Shown one piece after another: positions 18,367-24,412 of a DNA stretch of 24,412 nucleotides. The notes beneath the pieces were generated by a model, which saw nothing but the letters and a program-made list of their open reading frames with translations, did not search any database and was not told the DNA's origin. Numbering within the stretch: position 1 is the stretch's first letter; the number at the start of each line of letters is the position of its first letter. The stretch is from Fidelibacterota bacterium (lineage in GTDB: Bacteria; Fidelibacterota; Fidelibacteria; Fidelibacterales; DSDE01): NCBI GenBank assembly GCA_046735395.1, contig JBJKQR010000052.1, positions 1 through 24,412 of the forward strand, in the 5' to 3' direction. The position numbers and the translations under genes were made by a program.

Positions 18367-19329
18367 GTGAAAAGAATAAACCAAATCATCAGCCTGTGGA
18401 TAATACTGATCAGTATACTGAAAAGTCAGGTGGTCCCTACACCGGAATGGGCCGATTATGCCGGGACTGCGGCGTTTTGCGAGGATATTCCGGCCACGGC
18501 GGGATCGGTTATCAATGTCCTTGATTCCGATTCGGTTCTCTGTGGAAGCTGCATGGTGGACAGCGACGGGCTTTTCGGATATATTCATGTTTATGGTGAC
18601 GATCCGAACACGGTTACGGACGAAGGCGCCGAGACGGGCGATACACTCATCTTCCTGCTGAACGGCCACCGAACAGCTCAGGATTCGCTGCTGCCCTGGA
18701 CGGGAAACCGCACGATCTTCGACAACCTGCATATCGTGGTCAGTGACAACCGCGCACCGCAGTTTCGAACCCAGTCTCTGCCCGACGCAGACGAAAATGT
18801 CCTCTGGGAAACGACCATATCGGCGGAAGACCCGGATGGCGATTCCTTTATAATGGAGGCCGTCTCCCTGCCCGGCTGGATCAGCTTTGAACCGGACGGA
18901 CGCCTCCACGGCACGCCGGGACCGAATGATGTGGGCAGCAACATTCTCCTGTCATTTCACGCACGGGATATGTACTGCGGAGAAACAGAACATAACTTGA
19001 CCCTGAATGTCAACGCGGAGCCGGCTGATGCAGTAGAAGAAATTTCAATGGCGCAATCACCGCTTCTGATCAGCAATTATCCCAATCCTTTCAACGGCGT
19101 CACAACTCTCCGGTTTACTAATCCGGAACAAAAGGAGCTGTCACTGACCCTGCTCACGATTCAGGGAAAAATTATCCGGCATTGGGTTTTTCCGGAAAGC
19201 GACCGTTCGACTACCTTACTATGGGATGGGACGGATGCTTCCGGCCGGGATGCGGGCAGCGGCGTCTACATCTGCCGGCTCCGGAGCGGAAACGATACCG
19301 CCTCACATAAACTGCTTATCATTAAATAA
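18367..19329 (+). CDS. secreted protein with putative Ig/cadherin-like domain and FlgD-Ig/T9SS-type tail (320 aa)
   Basis: GTG start 7 nt after the upstream stop, with a signal peptide. 'NRAPQF..LPDADEN...AEDPDGD...LPGWISF..GRLHGTP' is a putative Ig domain. Tail 'SNYPNPFN...GSGVYICRL...HKLLIIK'. Confidence 0.88.
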   Translation: MKRINQIISLWIILISILKSQVVPTPEWADYAGTAAFCEDIPATAGSVINVLDSDSVLCGSCMVDSDGLFGYIHVYGDDPNTVTDEGAETGDTLIFLLNGHRTAQDSLLPWTGNRTIFDNLHIVVSDNRAPQFRTQSLPDADENVLWETTISAEDPDGDSFIMEAVSLPGWISFEPDGRLHGTPGPNDVGSNILLSFHARDMYCGETEHNLTLNVNAEPADAVEEISMAQSPLLISNYPNPFNGVTTLRFTNPEQKELSLTLLTIQGKIIRHWVFPESDRSTTLLWDGTDASGRDAGSGVYICRLRSGNDTASHKLLIIK

Positions 19330-19460
19330 AGTATTAACCCGCTTCGATAAAAATTCCGTGAATATTACAGATAAATATAGTACGATGCGAAAAGGCAACG
19401 CGTAATTCTTTTCAATGCCCGGAACTTTGTTTCATCCTTAACCTTAACCTTCTCTTCATG

Positions 19461-20600
19461 TCAGAAAACGGGATCTGCAGCCATTCTGATGCTAAATACT
19501 TTTCTGTAATCCCGGTTCAGACAGAAATGAATCGTTCCTTCATTCAGATCGAAGACGGAAGACCAGCGGGTATCAATACGTTGATATCGTCCATTCATAT
19601 ATTCGCGGCGTCCGCTCTGCCGGACTTTTTTCAGAATACCCATCGCCCGGGGCCAGGTAAGACAGGTATCCAATTTTTCAAAGGCCATCACCATCCCGTT
19701 GTAACGCCAGCATTGTTTCCGTTTTTCCAGTTCTGATTGCAGATAAATCCGTGAATTCGTACAGATCTGCAGAGTGCTGTCGGCTGGAATAATCTGCATC
19801 CGACCCTCGTTCCATTCCAGAATCACTGATTTTTCACCGGGTGCTGCAATGAGCAGATGATGTGAAATCAGGTTCAGGGCATTGTCAAATATCGAATGGG
19901 ACGCGGCAATGTCCACTGCCTCCTCCACCGATGCGGCATGATCCAGTATTTTACGGATGAGGTGAAGCAGAAACAGGGATGTTTTAGTTGAATCCTCCGT
20001 GTACATATTCTTCCCGTAAGAGGCCGGAGCAATAAAAACGCCGTGTTCATTCATCCCCTCCACAGTCAGAACCGGCGCATAAAGAAGCCGTTTGATGTGA
20101 TTTGAATCGGCGTCATCGAATGAAGCGGAGTGTGTAAAACCAAAGCCATTCAGCATGGAAAATCCGATATTGCGGTAGCCGCTGTCCGGATAATAAAAAC
20201 CGACCAACAGGCCCGTATCCACATTATCAAAGTTGCGACCCACCAGAGTTGTGGTTGAATCCGACCATTGAAAGATACTGCAGCCGACGGCAGATCTCAG
20301 CGAATCCCGCTTCCTCAGTTCCCGCAGAATCTGCTGTCCGGCCAGCGTGAGGAAGGCATCGAAATCACCGTAATAATTCATGCAGCGAATCCCGTCCACA
20401 TCCTGAAAACTGGCCAGCATTCTCTGAAAATCAGGCATCCCCGCGGACACATGTTCCGACTTCGGAATCTGCAACGGCCGTATTTCAGTGATTTCTGCCG
20501 GCTGAGCCGGCCCGCAGGATTGGTTGCACATGGAAGCCAGGATCACGAGCGCTGACAGAAGCATATAAATTCTGCCCGAATTCAATTTCAGTTTTCGCAT
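19461..20600 (-). CDS. Ntn-hydrolase, linear amide C-N hydrolase / choloylglycine hydrolase / peptidase C45-like (379 aa)
   Basis: Internal 'GCSIF...LVGRNFD' (putative Cys nucleophile after a propeptide), 'EGMNEHGV', 'IRKILDHAASVEEAV', 'HLLIA', 'CTN', 'TRWSSVFDL'. N-terminal hydrophobic export signal. Confidence 0.85.
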   Translation of the reverse strand: MRKLKLNSGRIYMLLSALVILASMCNQSCGPAQPAEITEIRPLQIPKSEHVSAGMPDFQRMLASFQDVDGIRCMNYYGDFDAFLTLAGQQILRELRKRDSLRSAVGCSIFQWSDSTTTLVGRNFDNVDTGLLVGFYYPDSGYRNIGFSMLNGFGFTHSASFDDADSNHIKRLLYAPVLTVEGMNEHGVFIAPASYGKNMYTEDSTKTSLFLLHLIRKILDHAASVEEAVDIAASHSIFDNALNLISHHLLIAAPGEKSVILEWNEGRMQIIPADSTLQICTNSRIYLQSELEKRKQCWRYNGMVMAFEKLDTCLTWPRAMGILKKVRQSGRREYMNGRYQRIDTRWSSVFDLNEGTIHFCLNRDYRKVFSIRMAADPVF

Positions 20601-20615
20601 AAATATTTCTTTATT

Positions 20616-23600
20616 TCATTTATTTAATACGCGCCGTATCGCCTTTGTCAGGGTTGCGGGTGAAAACGGTTTGTGCAAAATCTGCAACTCCTCATTCTGG
20701 ACCTGCGGTATTTCCTTCACATTTTCAAAATAGCCGGTGCACAGGATAAATTTTAAATCGGGTACCTTTTCCTTCAACGACGTCACCAGTTCCAGTCCGC
20801 CGATTCGAGGCATGGTAATATCGGATAATAACAGGTCAAACTGATAATTCAGGTCCGCCGCCTTTGCCAGTGCTTCTTTCCCATCCGAGCAGGGTATGAC
20901 ATGATAACCCTGCTCTTCAATAAGGTAGGTTGTGACCTGCCGGACCATTTCATCATCCTCCGCATAGAGAATGACTTCATTCCCCGTAACGGCTTCCGGC
21001 TGTATTTTCTTTTCATCCGGCATGATTCGCTGTTCATTCAGCAGCGGCCAGTATATCCTGAATTCCGTTCCGGATCCGGGAGCGCTTTCCGCCGTGATAA
21101 ACCCCTTGTTCTGTCTGACGATTCCATAGACCATCGCCAGGCCCAGCCCGGTTCCCTTCCCTTCCTCCTTCGTGGTATAAAAGGGTTCGAACATATGGTC
21201 AAGCGTGTCCTGTGTCATTCCAATACCGGTATCACGTATCGTCAGCAGAACATAATTTCCCTCCTGATCCGGCGACATCTCCATTATTGAGTTTTCAGAT
21301 ACAGCCTCGACTCTTGTCCTCAGTTCAATATATTTGGATGTTCCGTCTTCATTGGCCCGAATTGCGTCCCGTGCGTTAACTACCAGATTGATGATGATCT
21401 GTTCAATCTGTGACGGGTCTGCCAGGATGATCAGATCCTCCCGGGACAGATCCATGTTGAACTCCACATCTTCACCGATCAGCCGTCGAAGCATTTTATA
21501 GAGATCACTCACCGTCTCCGTAAAATTGATTTTTCTCGGGACAAAACTCTGTTTGCGGCTGAAGGCCAGGATCTGCCGAACCAGGGATGCCGCTCTCTGA
21601 CTTCCCTTCTGGATCTCCACGAGCGCAGTGTGTGCCTTTGTACCTTTCTCTGTCTCAAACAACGCGACGTCCGTGAATCCATACAGGCTGGCCAGGATAT
21701 TATTGAAATCGTGGGCAATTCCGCTGGCAAGCTGACCGATACTTTCCAGCTTCTGCGTCTGCTGCAACTGGATTTCCAATTGCTTCTGAACTGTTTCCGA
21801 TTCCTTCTTTTCGGTTACATCATTGATGATGGCCGCAAAGTACCCCCGCCGAGGGCAATAGGCATTAACCTGGAACCATTTCCCCATCGCTTCGGAATAC
21901 GCCTCGAAGGCGGCCGCTTTTTCATTCAGCGCCACATCACCGTAGCACTCGATCCATCCGAAACTGTCATTCACAATTTCCGGCATGATTTCTTTAATGG
22001 TTTTCCCGATTATCTGCGATCGCTGCAGGCCGGTAATGTGTTCGTACTGCTCATTGACATCCAGAAACTGAAAATCAACGGCATGCCCATCCTGATCCGT
22101 AATAATTTTATGAAAGGCAAATCCGTTGGGCATATTCATAAACATCATTTTATAATGATGTTCGCTCTCGGACAGCTTATGTTCGGTTTGAACTCTGTGG
22201 GTTATATCCTGCGTAACACCGATCACCCGGACCGGCTCATTCTGATCATTGTAAATAAAATCCGCCTTCTCTCTGACCCATTTTTCCTGATTATTTACCA
22301 GAATACGGTGTTCAATATCGTAACGTCTTTCTTTCAGTCCCTGCACCCAAGCCTCATCCACATAATTTCGGTCCTCCGGGTGCACGAAATTCAAAAAACG
22401 CTGATAATCCACTTTTTCCTGATAGGCAACTCCGAAAATCCTGTAATTTTCCTTTGTCCAGGTAATTCCGCCTGACAACAGGTCCATTTCCCAGGTTCCG
22501 ATCTCACCGATTTCCTGTGCCTTTTCCAGATAATACTGTTTACTCAGCAATTCCTTCTCAGATTTTTTCCGCTCCGAAATGTCGCGGCAGAAGGCAATGA
22601 ATATGGGGTGATCCCCGGGAACAAATGAAACGGACATCTCTGTATCAAACAGGTCCCCGTTCTTCTTTCTGTGCACGGTTTCAAACAGATCATAACCCCT
22701 GGCCATGATTTTCTCGATCCGTGCCCGGGTCACATTGCGTTCCTCGATCGCGTCCAGATTATTGATATGCATTCCGATCAGTTCATCCTTGGTATAGCCG
22801 GATAATTCACTGTAGGCCTGATTCACATCGATCAGGTATCCTTCCGTATCCGTCACCCATAATCCGTCCCGGGTCGTTTCCAGAATCGCGTTCACATAGG
22901 CATTTCGTTCTGAATTGATGCGCTGCAGCTCCTTGTGTTCCGTCACATCTTCATGCTGAACAACCACATACAGCACATCTCCATTTTCATCTAGAATCGG
23001 GTAAGCCACGTTGTAGAACCAGCGTTTCAGGGGTTTTGAAACCTTGACACCGGTTGTTTCGGAGGCATATCCAATGTCGAAATTCACTTCCCAGGAAACC
23101 GTTTCCTTATGTTCAAACACTCTTTTTAATTTTTCGATAACCCCGGTGCGGATAATCTCCCCATCTTCCAGAATATTATATTTTCTGCCTTCGATATCCT
23201 TCGGTTGCACTCCGAAGTACTCTGAAAGTTTGGGATTGATCCGGATACACCATCCGTCCCTGTCCAGAATCTGCGTACTTTTTTCAGACTGCAGATACAG
23301 CTGTTCAAAAATCGTATGGCTTTCCTTCAGCTCGGCTTCCATGGCAAGTTTTTCGCTGATGTCCCGTCCGATTCCGAACGTGCCCTTGATCCGGCCCTGT
23401 TCATCCCTCCATGGAATACTGGAGAACTGACAGGTTATGCCTGTCTTTAAAGTCAGAATATTATGCAGGGATTCTCCCTGCAGCGTTCGTGAATATATTT
23501 CGAATAAGGACTGTATATCACTGTCAATGAACAGCGGCCTGAAATCATGGCCGATAAGGCTGTCCAGAGCCGTACCCGTTATTTTTTCCGCGATCCGGTT

Positions 23601-23696
23601 TACCCAGACTATTTTTCCGGCGTCGTCGGTGATGTAGGCCAGATCCGTCAGATTATCAAAAAATTCTTTCCATAATTCCAAATATTTTCCGTACAT
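20616..23696 (-). CDS. cytoplasmic multi-PAS hybrid sensor histidine kinase/response regulator (about 1026 aa)
   Basis: About five PAS/PAC units ending in DIS/DVT/DIT, H-box 'LASGIAHDFNN', 'MFEPFYTTKEEGKGTGLGL', REC 'ILYAEDD...LLLSDITMP'. No TM segment. Start is ATG 23696 or TTG 23699, with AAGGA upstream. Confidence 0.93.
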   Translation of the reverse strand: MYGKYLELWKEFFDNLTDLAYITDDAGKIVWVNRIAEKITGTALDSLIGHDFRPLFIDSDIQSLFEIYSRTLQGESLHNILTLKTGITCQFSSIPWRDEQGRIKGTFGIGRDISEKLAMEAELKESHTIFEQLYLQSEKSTQILDRDGWCIRINPKLSEYFGVQPKDIEGRKYNILEDGEIIRTGVIEKLKRVFEHKETVSWEVNFDIGYASETTGVKVSKPLKRWFYNVAYPILDENGDVLYVVVQHEDVTEHKELQRINSERNAYVNAILETTRDGLWVTDTEGYLIDVNQAYSELSGYTKDELIGMHINNLDAIEERNVTRARIEKIMARGYDLFETVHRKKNGDLFDTEMSVSFVPGDHPIFIAFCRDISERKKSEKELLSKQYYLEKAQEIGEIGTWEMDLLSGGITWTKENYRIFGVAYQEKVDYQRFLNFVHPEDRNYVDEAWVQGLKERRYDIEHRILVNNQEKWVREKADFIYNDQNEPVRVIGVTQDITHRVQTEHKLSESEHHYKMMFMNMPNGFAFHKIITDQDGHAVDFQFLDVNEQYEHITGLQRSQIIGKTIKEIMPEIVNDSFGWIECYGDVALNEKAAAFEAYSEAMGKWFQVNAYCPRRGYFAAIINDVTEKKESETVQKQLEIQLQQTQKLESIGQLASGIAHDFNNILASLYGFTDVALFETEKGTKAHTALVEIQKGSQRAASLVRQILAFSRKQSFVPRKINFTETVSDLYKMLRRLIGEDVEFNMDLSREDLIILADPSQIEQIIINLVVNARDAIRANEDGTSKYIELRTRVEAVSENSIMEMSPDQEGNYVLLTIRDTGIGMTQDTLDHMFEPFYTTKEEGKGTGLGLAMVYGIVRQNKGFITAESAPGSGTEFRIYWPLLNEQRIMPDEKKIQPEAVTGNEVILYAEDDEMVRQVTTYLIEEQGYHVIPCSDGKEALAKAADLNYQFDLLLSDITMPRIGGLELVTSLKEKVPDLKFILCTGYFENVKEIPQVQNEELQILHKPFSPATLTKAIRRVLNK

Positions 23697-23949
23697 CAAT
23701 AATTCCTTCAGTCACCTCCAGGGTTTTCCCTGCAGGGTGTAAAATCGTTCAGAAAAAATACCGTCTGGTCAGCATAAAAGACACTTTCTTGTGTTTTTTT
23801 ATACTTAACAGGAGTGTAATCACCTTTCCGTAAACATGCAATTGGATTTTTTCGCAGGTCCGCACCTTACCCAGCCTCCAAAATACCGGCGAATGTCACA
23901 GATTTACACGAAATAGAGACTCGTCCACGGATTAACACGAATGAATCAT

Positions 23950-24373
23950 TTTTCCACGGAGTACACGGATTGACACGGAAAGATCAACATGAAAACCTGA
24001 ATTCTATTCTGAACTCCGGTCCCTGTTTCTACGACACTCACCGCTGCAGGGGCATATTAACACTTTTTCAGATATTCGCCTGACCAGCTTACCCCCGAAC
24101 ACGCAAACCCGCAAACACACCAACCAGCGAACACGCAAACATAGGCATTTTCCACGGAGTACACGGATTAACACGGAAAGATCAGCATGAAAACCTGAAT
24201 TCTATTCTGAACTCCGGGCCCTGTTTCTACGACACTCACCGCTGCATGGACATATTAACACTTTTTCAGATATTCGCCGAACCAACTTACCCCCGAACAC
24301 GCAAACCCGCAAACACGCCAACCAGCGAACCCGCCAACATAGGAATTTTCCACGGAGTACACGGATTGACACG
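23950..24373. repeat. 198-bp tandem repeat, about 2.1 copies
   Basis: TTTTCCACGGAGTACACGGATT recurs at 23950, 24148 and 24346 (period 198). The two full units differ by scattered substitutions. Confidence 0.95.
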
Positions 24374-24412
24374 AATCATTCAGAATCATTAAGCATTCGA
24401 CATTTAACATTA

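Noticed and set aside
20929..20937. GTTGTGACC resembling the start of the CRISPR repeat
   Set aside because: Only 8 nt of identity, inside a coding region.
21630..22475. 281-aa plus-strand ORF, and the other short ORFs lying antisense or out of frame within long genes
   Set aside because: Shadow ORFs of well-supported genes, with no recognisable motifs.

Overview
Bacterial chromosomal window of roughly 50% GC, most likely from a non-Bacteroidota member of the FCB superphylum (Marinimicrobia/KSB1/Calditrichota-like). That placement is inferred from three secreted proteins ending in a 'PNPFN...K(M/L)xxxK' FlgD-Ig/T9SS-type tail. Bases 1-1885 are the trailer part of a class 2-style CRISPR array that runs off the left edge: 29 copies of a 36-bp GTTG...CAAC repeat, 28-30 nt spacers, one exactly duplicated spacer and a degenerate last repeat. 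No cas gene or tracrRNA is visible in the window. The genes that follow are a small membrane protein, a beta-helix/cohesin/dockerin/cohesin surface protein, an orphan SsuA/THI5-like binding protein, and a PhnD-like sensor hybrid histidine kinase split by one in-frame TAA. Next come a ~1 kb mosaic of REP-like elements, an outer-membrane beta-barrel (TonB-dependent receptor-like) gene, an 1884-aa modular surface protein with a 320-aa partner sharing a 'YGDDP..DEGA' module, an Ntn-hydrolase, a multi-PAS hybrid kinase, and a 198-bp tandem repeat. The most notable observations are spacer 17 matching the 1884-aa gene at 23 of 26 nt, an apparent sense-strand and 3'-end bias among spacers, the nonsense-split kinase, and nested, covarying REP-like palindromes.
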